The notes under the pieces were generated by a model. That model did no database searches. It saw nothing but the letters and a program-made list of their open reading frames with translations, and was not told the DNA's origin. The translations under genes and the position numbers were made by a program. A stretch of 64,000 bases of DNA, taken from NCBI GenBank assembly GCA_965242525.1, contig OZ251459.1, positions 832,001 to 896,000 on the forward strand. Direction: 5' to 3'. How positions within the stretch are numbered: position 1 is the first letter of the stretch; every line of letters starts with the position of its first letter. Positions 28,276 to 37,676 of the stretch are shown one piece after another. Source of the DNA: an uncultured Candidatus Binatia bacterium (GTDB lineage Bacteria; Desulfobacterota; Binatia; UBA9968; JAJDTQ01).

Positions 28276-29241
28276 CTACCGGAAGTGGGGCATGACGTGC
28301 TCGTTGCACACGTCCAGGTGCTGGAACTGGTCCTTGGCCGCAAACCGGACGATGAAGGTCTGGATGCCGGCGTCGGCGTACTCGTTGATGAAGTCCACCA
28401 CCTCGCCGGTGCCGCCCGCCTTCACCACGAGCTGCCGGGACACCTCTTCGTAGGTCTTGTGGTAGTAGGCTTCCAGGAACGCGCCGCCCTCCCGGCGCGC
28501 CTTTTGGGCGTCCGGGTCCATGTGGATGGTCAGGTACAGGCAGCGGTGGATGTCGTCAGGGTTCCGTCCCGCCTCCACCGCGAAGTCTTCGAGCTTCTTC
28601 CGGGACTCCCGGAACACCGGGAGCGAGGGGATGTTGGTGATCCATGCGTCTCCGTAGCGCGCGGCCCGCCTGAGTCCCGTGTCCACGTCGTTGCTCGACA
28701 CCCAGATGGGGATCCCCGGCTTCTGCACCGGCTTGGGCAGCAGCGAGATGTCCTCGATAGTGTAGTACTTGTTGGGGCAGGTGACGTGGTCCTCGGCCCA
28801 CAGCAGCTTGAGTATGCGCAACACCTGGCTCAGGCGCCCGGCCTTCTGGTGGAACGGGACGCCGCAGGCCGTGTATTCGTCCTCGAACATCTTGTCGTTG
28901 CGGGAGACCCCGACCCCCGCCACCAGCCGTCCGCCGCACAGCACGTCCACGCTGGCCAGGGCCTGGGCCAGGACCACCGGGTTGCGCATGGCCGCCAGCA
29001 GCACCGCGGTGCCGATCCGGACCCGCTCGGTCTTCACCGCCAGCGCCCCCAGGGTGCTGATGACTTCGAGCCGCGGCTTGGCGGTGACGCTGTCGCCGAT
29101 CCAGACCGAGTCGTAGCCGGCCTTCTCCACCGCGTCGGCCAGGTGGAAGACCGGACTCAGGTCCGGGACCTCGGTTTTGGCCAGGATGACCCCGCGGGTG
29201 GGCAACAGGATGCCGAAACCGAGCTTTCCGGTAGTGGTCAT
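28276..29241 (-). CDS. LLM-class flavin-dependent oxidoreductase
   Basis: GYDSVW, IGTAV, RNPVVLA, GRLVAGVG, PKPVQ, RRAARYGD. Confidence 0.9.
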   Translation of the reverse strand: MTTTGKLGFGILLPTRGVILAKTEVPDLSPVFHLADAVEKAGYDSVWIGDSVTAKPRLEVISTLGALAVKTERVRIGTAVLLAAMRNPVVLAQALASVDVLCGGRLVAGVGVSRNDKMFEDEYTACGVPFHQKAGRLSQVLRILKLLWAEDHVTCPNKYYTIEDISLLPKPVQKPGIPIWVSSNDVDTGLRRAARYGDAWITNIPSLPVFRESRKKLEDFAVEAGRNPDDIHRCLYLTIHMDPDAQKARREGGAFLEAYYHKTYEEVSRQLVVKAGGTGEVVDFINEYADAGIQTFIVRFAAKDQFQHLDVCNEHVMPHFR

Positions 29242-29274
29242 GAGATTCCTCGCTGGCGCCGCGCCCGGGGCCTG

Positions 29275-30897
29275 CTACAGCCGGATGAACAGGTCGCTCG
29301 CGCCTTCGCTGGTGAGTTGCGTGATGGTGGTGATCCGGTCGCTGAACTCCTTCAGGCTGCCCGCGGAGCTCGCTCCCACGTCGATGAGGATGGAGAACAG
29401 GGAGAAACCCAACCGGTCCTTCTCCTTCCGGAACCGCTGCGACCACTCGGCCGAGACTTGGCATTCCCCATCCGTGATGAACACGATGTCCGCCTTCTTA
29501 TATCGGGATTTCGCCAGGCATTCCAGCGCGGCGTCCAGCGGTTTCTCGAAGTCGGTGCCGCCTCCGGGAAAATGTTCCGCCAAGTCCATGAGCTTGTCCG
29601 GCTCCACGTCGCCCCCGCGCCGCGCGGCCAGGTCCAGGACGTGCAACGGGGTCTCCCCGGAGGAGAAGCAGATGGAGCGGAAGGGCCGGCGCTGGCGGCG
29701 GGTCAGCTCCAGCAGGGTGAGGGCCACCGCCTTGGACCAGAGCTCCTTGTCTCCCGCCATGGAGGAGCTGCCGTCCAGGCAGACCACCACCGGTCCCTTG
29801 CGCTTCTCCTCCATGCCCCGGAGGGAGTATTGCAGCAGCTCGTTCTCCAGCAGCCGTCGCCGGAAGTCCCTGCACAGCACGGGATGGCGCAGGGCCGAGA
29901 GCTCCTGGGGCAGCAGGCGATCCAGCGCGCCTCCCTGGTCCACGGAATAGAGTTCCTCGTTGGCGCGCTCGAACGTGCGCTTGCGCAGGGCCAGGGCGTG
30001 GGACTTCATCCTTCCCACCATGCGGACGAGCTTCTTGAGCTTGTCGTTGCCGGCCAGCCGCCGGCCCAACTCCAGCCTCCGGTGGGCGGGGAGGCGTCCC
30101 CCCTGTCCCAGGGCGCTGCCCCACAACTCGGTCTCCTCCACCGCCTCGTCGAGTCGTCGGGCGGCGCGGACGGCCGCGGCCTGCATCCGGGCCCGGGCCT
30201 CGTCCCCGACCCTTTCCAGGTCCTCCCCATGCTGCCGCCGCTTGTGCCGGATGGACGCGGCGCCGCCCCGGAGTTTGCCGTCCAGCCGCTCCCGGACCCG
30301 CGCCAAGGCGTCCCGCTTGCGGGCGTCGTCCCCCTCGTCGCCCATTTCGTCGCCCGTTTCGTTGCTCAACTCGTCGCTCAACTCGCCGGCGTGCTCCAAC
30401 TCCTCGCGGGTCTTGTGGAACTCTTCCTCCTGCTGCCGCAGCTTCCACGTGTCGAGCATGTCGCCCCGGGTCCAGGGCTTCTCGGACTTGAGCATGGCGA
30501 GTATGCCTTCGCCCAGGAGCAGCGTGCATAGCCCCGCCCTGGCCTCGTCGAGCACCGTGCCCTCCCGCAGGATGCGGCTCGCCTCGCCGTCCCGCAGCGC
30601 GGCCAGCAGGGTGCGGTTGAGGGCCGCGCTGGGGAGCACTTCCGACTCCGGGGCGAAGACCACGTTGTACTTGAACAGCAGGCAGAAGACGTCCTGCATC
30701 AGCGGGGCGAAGTGGGGGAGCAGGGCTTCGCCCGCGCCCTCCATCTCCCGAAGGGACGCGGCGTCCCGCCGGAGGCGCCCGAAGGCGTGGCGGTCGTAGC
30801 GGTCGCTTTCGATCCAGTTGGCGTTGTCGGGCAGGCTCGGCGCCGGAGCCTTCCGGGCCGGCGCCGGGGCCTGTTTCTTCGGGTTGCCGCGGGCCAC
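29275..30897 (-). CDS. ViaA-like VWA domain protein
   Basis: KGPVVVCLDGSSSM (MIDAS), GGTDF, ADIVFITDG; GTG start overlaps the MoxR stop. Confidence 0.85.
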   Translation of the reverse strand: MARGNPKKQAPAPARKAPAPSLPDNANWIESDRYDRHAFGRLRRDAASLREMEGAGEALLPHFAPLMQDVFCLLFKYNVVFAPESEVLPSAALNRTLLAALRDGEASRILREGTVLDEARAGLCTLLLGEGILAMLKSEKPWTRGDMLDTWKLRQQEEEFHKTREELEHAGELSDELSNETGDEMGDEGDDARKRDALARVRERLDGKLRGGAASIRHKRRQHGEDLERVGDEARARMQAAAVRAARRLDEAVEETELWGSALGQGGRLPAHRRLELGRRLAGNDKLKKLVRMVGRMKSHALALRKRTFERANEELYSVDQGGALDRLLPQELSALRHPVLCRDFRRRLLENELLQYSLRGMEEKRKGPVVVCLDGSSSMAGDKELWSKAVALTLLELTRRQRRPFRSICFSSGETPLHVLDLAARRGGDVEPDKLMDLAEHFPGGGTDFEKPLDAALECLAKSRYKKADIVFITDGECQVSAEWSQRFRKEKDRLGFSLFSILIDVGASSAGSLKEFSDRITTITQLTSEGASDLFIRL

Positions 30898-32015
30898 TAC
30901 CAGGCTTCCAGCATGCGCTTCTGGAGGGTGCGGATCTCGTCCCGCATGTCCTCCACCCGGGCCAGCGGGCGGTCCGCGTCGGAGGCGTCGTGGATGATCC
31001 GCTCGACCTTCGCGAGGATGTTGCGGAGCTTGGTATGGCCTTCGATGAGGGCCTGGGAGCGCAGCTCCTCGGTCTCCCAGGGGCGTTGCACGTAGGCTTC
31101 GATCTCCCGCGACTGGAACAGCATCTCCTGGACCTCCTGCTCGTAACCGAGCACGACCTCCCGGATGGTGGAGCGGACCTCGGCCTGCTCGGACGGTTCC
31201 CGCCACAGGGCGTGCTCCAGGAACAGGAGGCTCCGGTCCGTGACCTGGGGGTCGCCCGTCAAGTACGAATGGGCCTTCAGGAGCGCCAGGGACTGGCGGT
31301 AGCGCCGGTCCGAGGCCACGATCTGCTTCTTGCCGAGCTGCCTGCGCACCTCGCCCAGGGCCCGGCGCACGCGGGCGGGGACCTCCTGCCGGTCCGCGGC
31401 CTGCTGCAAGGCGGTGAGCTCTTCGAGGGTGAGGCGAACCTTGGCCTCCGGCGGCGGCGTCTCCAGCATGCGCAGGAACCGGAAGTCCTCCTCGATGTAG
31501 CCCACGGTGAACCGCAGCAGGAACCGGTCGTACAGGGCCGTGAGCTCGTCGTCCTCGGGGAGCTCGTTGCTCGCCCCGAACAGGGTGATGAGGGGCACGT
31601 GGTGGATGCGTTGGCCGTTGTGGAACCGGCGCTCGTTGATGATGGACAGGATCGAGTTGAGGATCGAGGAGTTGGCCTTGAACACTTCGTCCAGAAAGGC
31701 GATGTGGGCCTCCGGGAGCTTGTGGGTCGTCACCCGCCGGTAGTCGTCCTGCTCCAATCCCTTGAGGCTCACCGCGCCGAACAGCTCTTCGGGCGCGGTG
31801 AAACGGGTCAGCAGCCACTGGAAGTACCGGGCGCCTTCGATGCGCCGGCACAGCTCGTCCGCGAGCATGGACTTGGCGGTCCCCGGCGGTCCGACGATCA
31901 ACAGGTTCCGGGCCGCGAGCAGGGCCGACAGGGCGCCGTCGATGAGCTCGCCCCGTTCCAGGAACGTCTGTTGCAACTCGTCGCGGAGCGCCAGCAGTTT
32001 TTCCCTGGGAGTCAC
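30897..32015 (-). CDS. RavA-like MoxR AAA+ ATPase
   Basis: GPPGTAKS, LLTRFTAPEELFG, FLDEVFKANSSILNS, ASNELP, DRF, SDRR. Confidence 0.9.
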   Translation of the reverse strand: MTPREKLLALRDELQQTFLERGELIDGALSALLAARNLLIVGPPGTAKSMLADELCRRIEGARYFQWLLTRFTAPEELFGAVSLKGLEQDDYRRVTTHKLPEAHIAFLDEVFKANSSILNSILSIINERRFHNGQRIHHVPLITLFGASNELPEDDELTALYDRFLLRFTVGYIEEDFRFLRMLETPPPEAKVRLTLEELTALQQAADRQEVPARVRRALGEVRRQLGKKQIVASDRRYRQSLALLKAHSYLTGDPQVTDRSLLFLEHALWREPSEQAEVRSTIREVVLGYEQEVQEMLFQSREIEAYVQRPWETEELRSQALIEGHTKLRNILAKVERIIHDASDADRPLARVEDMRDEIRTLQKRMLEAW

Positions 32016-32226
32016 GCCGGAAGGCCCTCGGAAGCTCTCTTGCGACTGTGTAGCAAAAGCCGGACGGCGAAACAACGCGCGCAACGACGCGCACGCAATG
32101 ACGCGCGCGCGGAGGGGCGAAATCCGAACCGGCGATCTTGCATCATCCCACCGGACGGTTTACTGTAAAACCGAGACGGGCGGCGGAGCGGACCGAGGAC
32201 GACCCGACCGAAAGGAGGGAAAGCCC

Positions 32227-33045
32227 ATGCCCATCATCACCATCATTCGTGGAGCCTTTGGCGCAGGCCTGGAGGTGGCCGAGCGGGTCGCCGGAGACCT
32301 GGGTTGCCCGTGTGTCGACCGGGAGGTGCTGATGGAGGCGAGCAACCGTTACGGCATTCCCGAAGCCAAGTACGAGGAGGTGCTGGAATCCGGGCCGCAC
32401 TGGTGGGAGCGCTGGCGCGAGAGCCTGCGCCTGTACCGCATCACGCTCCAGGCGGCCATGTGCGAGATGGCCCGGGAGGGCGAGCTCGTTTACCACGGCC
32501 ACATGGGGCAGGAGCTCCTGCCGGGGGTGGGCCACGTGCTGAAGGTCCTGCTGACGGCGCCCCTGGAATACCAGGTGGAGCAGGTGCGGGAGCGGGAAGG
32601 GCTCGACGAGGCAGGGGCCCGGCGTTTCGTCGAAGGCGTCAACAAGGCCCGTTCCCGGCGCATGGAGGCCATTTTCGGGGCGGACTGGCGCGACGCGTCG
32701 CGCTACGACCTGGTGCTGAACGTGGGCCAGATGACCGTGGATACGGCGGCCCGGTTGATCGAGGACGCGGTGGGGAGGCCCGAGTACCAGAAGACCGCGG
32801 AGTCGGAGCAGGCCTTCGCCGACCTGTCGCTGACCTCCCGGGTCCAGGCGGCGCTGATCGTGTCGCCCAAGACCCGCAACCTGAACGTGCGCGTCCGGGC
32901 CGCCAACGGCGTGGTCCACGTTTCCGGCATCCTGACCCAGCCCGCGCTCCAGGAAGAGATCGTCGCGGTGGCGGAGCAGGTGCCCGGGACCGCCTCGGTG
33001 GAGACGGACTTCGAGTCGCCTCCGGTGGAGTACATGTTTCCGTAG
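32227..33045 (+). CDS. Cytidylate kinase-like family protein with C-terminal BON domain
   Basis: IITIIRGAFGAG, VYHG, YDLVLN; C-terminal VRAANGVVHVSG...VPG. Confidence 0.8.
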   Translation: MPIITIIRGAFGAGLEVAERVAGDLGCPCVDREVLMEASNRYGIPEAKYEEVLESGPHWWERWRESLRLYRITLQAAMCEMAREGELVYHGHMGQELLPGVGHVLKVLLTAPLEYQVEQVREREGLDEAGARRFVEGVNKARSRRMEAIFGADWRDASRYDLVLNVGQMTVDTAARLIEDAVGRPEYQKTAESEQAFADLSLTSRVQAALIVSPKTRNLNVRVRAANGVVHVSGILTQPALQEEIVAVAEQVPGTASVETDFESPPVEYMFP

Positions 33046-33080
33046 CGCACGGTCCCGCCAGGGACCGCAGAGGAGGGGAA

Positions 33081-34052
33081 ATGGCACGGAAGGGAATCCT
33101 GGTGACCGGGGGCGCCGGTCTCGTGGGCGCATACGTGGTGGGGATGCTGCTCGAGCGCGGCGAGCGGCCGGTGGTCTTCGACGTGGCGGTCAACGAGCGG
33201 CTGCTGAACGCGGTGGGAGTCGATCCTGCGTCGGTGGAGACCGTGCGCGGCGACGTCCTGGACCTGCCGCAACTGGTCGGCGCGGTGCGCGACCACGACG
33301 TGGGCCAGATCATCCACCTGGCCGCGTTCCTGGGCGAGGAAGTGCAGCGGCGGCCCTATACCGGCGTGCGCTTGAACCTCATGGGCACGGTGAACGTGCT
33401 CGAGGCGGCGCGCCTGGAGGGCGTGCCGCGGGTCACCTTCCCGAGCTCCGGCACGGTTTACCTGGGGTCGCTGGGGGAGGGGCTGCGGAAGATCGACGAG
33501 ACCGTCCCGGTGAACCCGCCGTCGGTGTACGCCGCCACCAAGGGGGGCTCGGAGTTCCTGGGCAACGCCTACGCCCGGATGTACGGCTTCGAGTTCGTGT
33601 GCGTGCGATACGTGGGAGGGCTCTACGGCCCGTCGCCCACCACCATGAAGGCGACCCGGGAACAGGCCATCCAGCAGATGGTCCGGGCGGCCCTGAAGCG
33701 TGACGAGACCGCGGTCAACTGGCCCTATGGCCCCACCGAGATCCTCTACGGCAAGGACGCGGCCAAGGGCACGGTGCTGGCGGCGTTGAAACCCGAGCAC
33801 GAGGACCGGCTGTTCCACATCGGGTGCAGCGGCATGGTCAGCGGCGACGACATCCTGGACGAGCTGAAGCGCCAGTTCCCCGAGTCCCGGGTGACCCTGC
33901 GGAAGGGCGGCAAACCCATGCCCTATCCCGAGACCCGGCTCCTGACCGACCTGTCCCGGGCGTCGGAGCAACTGGGCTACGAGCCCGACTACCCGCTCGA
34001 CAAGGCGTTGGCGGACTACGCCGTGACCCTCGGGAAGCTCGAAGGGTCGTAG
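33081..34052 (+). CDS. NAD-dependent epimerase/dehydratase (extended SDR)
   Basis: LVTGGAGLVG, IHLAA, YAATK, LGYEP. Confidence 0.9.
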   Translation: MARKGILVTGGAGLVGAYVVGMLLERGERPVVFDVAVNERLLNAVGVDPASVETVRGDVLDLPQLVGAVRDHDVGQIIHLAAFLGEEVQRRPYTGVRLNLMGTVNVLEAARLEGVPRVTFPSSGTVYLGSLGEGLRKIDETVPVNPPSVYAATKGGSEFLGNAYARMYGFEFVCVRYVGGLYGPSPTTMKATREQAIQQMVRAALKRDETAVNWPYGPTEILYGKDAAKGTVLAALKPEHEDRLFHIGCSGMVSGDDILDELKRQFPESRVTLRKGGKPMPYPETRLLTDLSRASEQLGYEPDYPLDKALADYAVTLGKLEGS

Positions 34053-34113
34053 CCGCGGACGCCGCCGGCGTCTGCGCGGCGCAGACGCCCCCGGCCATGA
34101 ACCGTTCCCGTCC

Positions 34114-34713
34114 ATGATCGTTGCCGTCGTCCTGGCCGCGGGCGCTTCCACCCGCATGGGAAGGCCCAAAGCGCTCCTGCCGGTGGAGGGGATCCCCTTC
34201 ATCGAACGCATCGTGCGTTCGCTGGAGCGCACGCGCGTGGACCGGACCCTGGTGGTCCTCGGCCACGACTCGGACGCCATGCGGGAGGCGGTCGCCTACC
34301 TGGGGGTGGAAACCGCGGTCAACCCGGACTACGCCCGCGGACAGCTCTCCTCGCTGCAGACCGCCATCCGCGCCCTGGAAGGGGAGCCGGTGGAGGCGAT
34401 CCTGACGCACCTGGTGGACCACCCCTTCATCGAGAGCAGGCTGGTGGACCGGATGATCGAGCGCTTCCGGGCAGAGAAGAAACTCATCGTGGTGCCGCGC
34501 TTCGCCGGCCGGCGCGGCCATCCGGTGCTCTTCTCCGGCAAGCTCTTCCCCGAGTTCCTGGCGGCGGCGCCGGAGGCCGGCGCCAAGCCGGTGGTGCGGG
34601 GCCACCCGGACGAGACCCTGGAGCTGGAGACCGGCGAGGAAGGGGTCCTCATCGACATCGACACCCCCGAAGAGTACCGCAAGCACGTAAGGAGCGACGG
34701 ATGGCCCGGTTGA
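34114..34713 (+). CDS. MocA/YgfJ-like molybdenum cofactor cytidylyltransferase
   Basis: LAAGASTRMG.PKALL, NPDY..GQLSS, GHPVLF, DIDTPEEY. Confidence 0.88.
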   Translation: MIVAVVLAAGASTRMGRPKALLPVEGIPFIERIVRSLERTRVDRTLVVLGHDSDAMREAVAYLGVETAVNPDYARGQLSSLQTAIRALEGEPVEAILTHLVDHPFIESRLVDRMIERFRAEKKLIVVPRFAGRRGHPVLFSGKLFPEFLAAAPEAGAKPVVRGHPDETLELETGEEGVLIDIDTPEEYRKHVRSDGWPG

Positions 34714-35671
34714 ACCTCGATTTCGCGTGCGGCAGCTACGACCTGTTGCGGCCCCTGTGGGAGAAGGCGGTGGAGCCCGCGGGCATCGACCTGAACGTGA
34801 TGACCATGCCGTCGCCCGAGCGCCACGGGCGCATGCTGCGCCACGAGGAGTTCGACGCGTGCGAGCTCTCCCTGGTGGGTTACCTGGTGGCCCGCGACCA
34901 GGGCCGGGACTTCACCGCCATACCCGCGTTCCCGCACCGGCGTTTCCGCCACGGCTACATGGTGAAGCGCACCGGCTGCGGCATCGATCAGCCCTCGGAC
35001 CTGAACGGCAAGCGGGTGGGCCTCGACACCCTGCAGAACTCCGCGGGCCTGTGGATGCGCGGCATACTCCAGGACTACCACGGCCTCGACCTCGGCTCGG
35101 TGGAGTGGTGGTGCCAGGAGGCCGAGGACGCGCCCCTGGAGCCGGCCGCGTGGATGAAGGTGCGCCGGGTGCCCGAAGGCCGGAACATCGACGAGATGCT
35201 TTGCCGCGGGGAGCTCGAAGGGGCGCTCTACCCGGAGGTCCTCCCGTCCGTCCGGGCGGGTTCCGGGAAGGTGGCGCCGTTGTTCCCGGACCCCAGGCAG
35301 GCGGAAGTGGAGTATTACCGCAAGAGCGGCATCTTCCCCATCATGCACACGGTGGTGGTCAAGGACGAGATCCTCCGGCGCGACCCCTGGGCCGCGGTGA
35401 GCCTGCTGCAGGCCCTCCAGCGCTCCAAGGAGGTGTGCTACGAGCGCATGCGCGACCCTCGCAGCCTGGCCCTGGTGTGGGCCAGGGAGGAGACCGAGGA
35501 GCAGCGCCGGATCTTCGGACCGGACCCCTGGCCCTACAACCTGGAGGACAACCGGGCGGCCCTCGAAGCGGTGGTCCGCTACGAGTTCGAGCAGGGCATG
35601 ACAAGCGCAAGCCCGCCATCGAAGAGCTGTTCTTCCCGCCTTCCCTCCAGGAAATCGGCCGCTACGTCTGA
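34701..35671 (+). CDS. 4,5-dihydroxyphthalate decarboxylase-like / ABC substrate-binding fold protein, with a frameshift near its 3' end
   Basis: FDACELSL, IPAFPHRRFRH, GIFPIMHTVV, DPWPY; the family-like tail KRKPAIEELF lies in another frame after about 35602. Confidence 0.75.
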
Positions 35672-36002
35672 GCCCTGCGGCCTGCCGGACCCCTGACGGG
35701 TTCGGCGGCTCGTTGACACCATCCACCGAGTCTGTGGATAACCTGTTCAAGGGGCGTCCGGGGGCCGGTCGCGAGCCTTGGGAGCCGCCCGTTCCAGCAA
35801 CCTGCACAAAGTGTAACCAGGGTTTTCCCCGTGTTTTCGTCCGGTTGCCGATATTCCCCGCGGAGCGGGCGGTTCCGCCCGCCCGGTCGGGGAATCCGGA
35901 CGGATCTCGTTGCCGGGCGCGGACGCGCCGGGGCCGGTTGACAGGGTCGCGGCGGATTGGATAAAGCTGGACCGGTTTCCAGCCAACGCCGGGAGGGTCT
36001 CC

Positions 36003-36788
36003 ATGAGTGACGCGCCGACGCCGGTCAAGAGGCGCCTGGTCCGAACCATGTCGGACACCATCGAGACGGACATCCGTCGGGTCCACGTCATCGCCAACGA
36101 GATCCTCCGGCGTTACCGCAAGCCCGAGTTGTCCTTCGAGGAACTGCGCAAGGTGGCGGACGGGCCGTTCGACTTCTTCCTCGCGCCCATCCTGTTCCCG
36201 GAAGACTGCCGGCTGGACCCGGACATCATCTACAACGAGGGCGTGCGGCGCGAGATCCGCGGCCACGCCCTGGAGATCGCCCGCCGCCGCGGGTTCGACG
36301 TGGACCCGCCGGACTTCATCCCCGGGGTGGAGGAATCCCTGCGGGAGGCCCGGGACGCGGGCCTGGGCAACGTGGTGCTCACCACCAGCGGTCGGCGCTA
36401 CAAGCACCGGGTCATGGAGGAGCAGGGCATCAGCGGGTACTTCGAGGAGATCATCGACCGGGACGAGACCTATTTCCGGAAGGAGCAGGGGATCTACCAC
36501 CTGTTCCGGAAGCTCGCCGTCCCCAGGCTGGAAGTGGTCCTCGTGTCGGGAACCGCCAGCTACCTGCGGGCGGGCAACAACCTGGAGTTCGCCACCGTGG
36601 CCGGCAACGAACTCTCGGTGTTCACCGTCGCCCTGGCCACCGAGTACTCCTACAACGACGAGGAGACGCTGCTGGCCGCAAAGCCCAAGATGCTCGTCCG
36701 GAGCCTGGGCGAGCTCGTCCCGGGTCTCCTATCCCGGGGACCACTTGGTCTTGGGGGTGTCGAGCCGCTCGCCGTCCACGCGGATTGA
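36003..36788 (+). CDS. HAD-like hydrolase fold protein with degenerate catalytic motifs
   Basis: IPGVEESL, VVLTT, GISGYFEEII, L.AAKP; GC3-rich codon usage; GGAGGG RBS. Confidence 0.65.
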   Translation: MSDAPTPVKRRLVRTMSDTIETDIRRVHVIANEILRRYRKPELSFEELRKVADGPFDFFLAPILFPEDCRLDPDIIYNEGVRREIRGHALEIARRRGFDVDPPDFIPGVEESLREARDAGLGNVVLTTSGRRYKHRVMEEQGISGYFEEIIDRDETYFRKEQGIYHLFRKLAVPRLEVVLVSGTASYLRAGNNLEFATVAGNELSVFTVALATEYSYNDEETLLAAKPKMLVRSLGELVPGLLSRGPLGLGGVEPLAVHAD

Positions 36789-37526
36789 ATCCACCCGCTC
36801 GTTGAAGAAGCACATCAGGTCCTTGACCCCGGGGCATTCGGGTATGGCGTACTCGTAGCTCCACGCCACGTCCTCGAACAGCGTCCCGCCCGCGTTGGCC
36901 GACCAGTAGCTGGCGATGCCCTTGTAGGGGCAGCGGGACCGGGTGTCGCTGGACTCCAGCAGGTCCATGCGCACGTCTTCCCGAGGCAGGTAGTAGCGGA
37001 GCAGGTGGCCGGTCTCGATGACGAGCCTGGGGCGCGTGGAATCGGCCACTACTTCGCCGCCGACGGTCACCTGGACGTGGCGCGAGCTGTGCAACACATC
37101 GACCCTCTTGTAGGGGTCCCGTGCGTGGACGAAGACCTCGTCCTCTTCCTCGTACCAAGCGTCCATCCGGTCCCAGTAGAAGGAGACGTACCCGGCGATG
37201 TCCCGGGACTCTGCCTTGGGGTCGAGGTAGCTCCAGGCCGCGGACTCGACGGTCTTGCCGCCCGCGGCCGCGTCCCAGTACGAAGCCTCGCCCTTGTAGG
37301 GGCATCGGGTGCGGCGGTCGTTGGGGGAGAGGAACTCCATTCGCACGTCGTCCCGCGGGAAGTAATAGACGGGCACGTGTCCCGCCTCCCGCACCAGCAT
37401 GGCGCGTCTCGTGTCCGCCAGGGTCTCGCCGCCGAACGCCACCCGCACGCGCCGGGGGCTCTCCTCGAAGTCGAGCCAGTGGTGGGTGATCTCGCCGTAG
37501 CTCCGGGGCTTGTGTACGGTCTCCAT
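36729..37526 (-). CDS. Tandem DUF427 (NTP_transf_9) protein
   Basis: Two CPYKGxASYW...AWSY repeats; HARDPYKRVD. Confidence 0.9.
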   Translation of the reverse strand: METVHKPRSYGEITHHWLDFEESPRRVRVAFGGETLADTRRAMLVREAGHVPVYYFPRDDVRMEFLSPNDRRTRCPYKGEASYWDAAAGGKTVESAAWSYLDPKAESRDIAGYVSFYWDRMDAWYEEEDEVFVHARDPYKRVDVLHSSRHVQVTVGGEVVADSTRPRLVIETGHLLRYYLPREDVRMDLLESSDTRSRCPYKGIASYWSANAGGTLFEDVAWSYEYAIPECPGVKDLMCFFNERVDSIRVDGERLDTPKTKWSPG

Positions 37527-37575
37527 GGACGGTCCTCCTGTGCGTGTTGGGCGGACGGCAGCCGATAGGCTCCTG

Positions 37576-37674
37576 CCGGACGGCATTCTGTTCCCGCGAA
37601 CCCGTCCCCGTCAAGCCTCGACCCATCGGGCTCCACCTTCAGGGACTGCCGGTTCCCGGTCATGATCCCCGATT
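37576..37674 (-). repeat. Direct repeat copy 1, containing a sigma70-like promoter
   Basis: Matches 39029-39148; minus strand TTGACG-N18-CAGAAT. Confidence 0.8.
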
Positions 37675-37676
37675 GT

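Noticed and set aside
35700-36000. oriC
   Set aside because: Only one perfect DnaA box, no AT-rich unwinding element, no dnaA/gidA context
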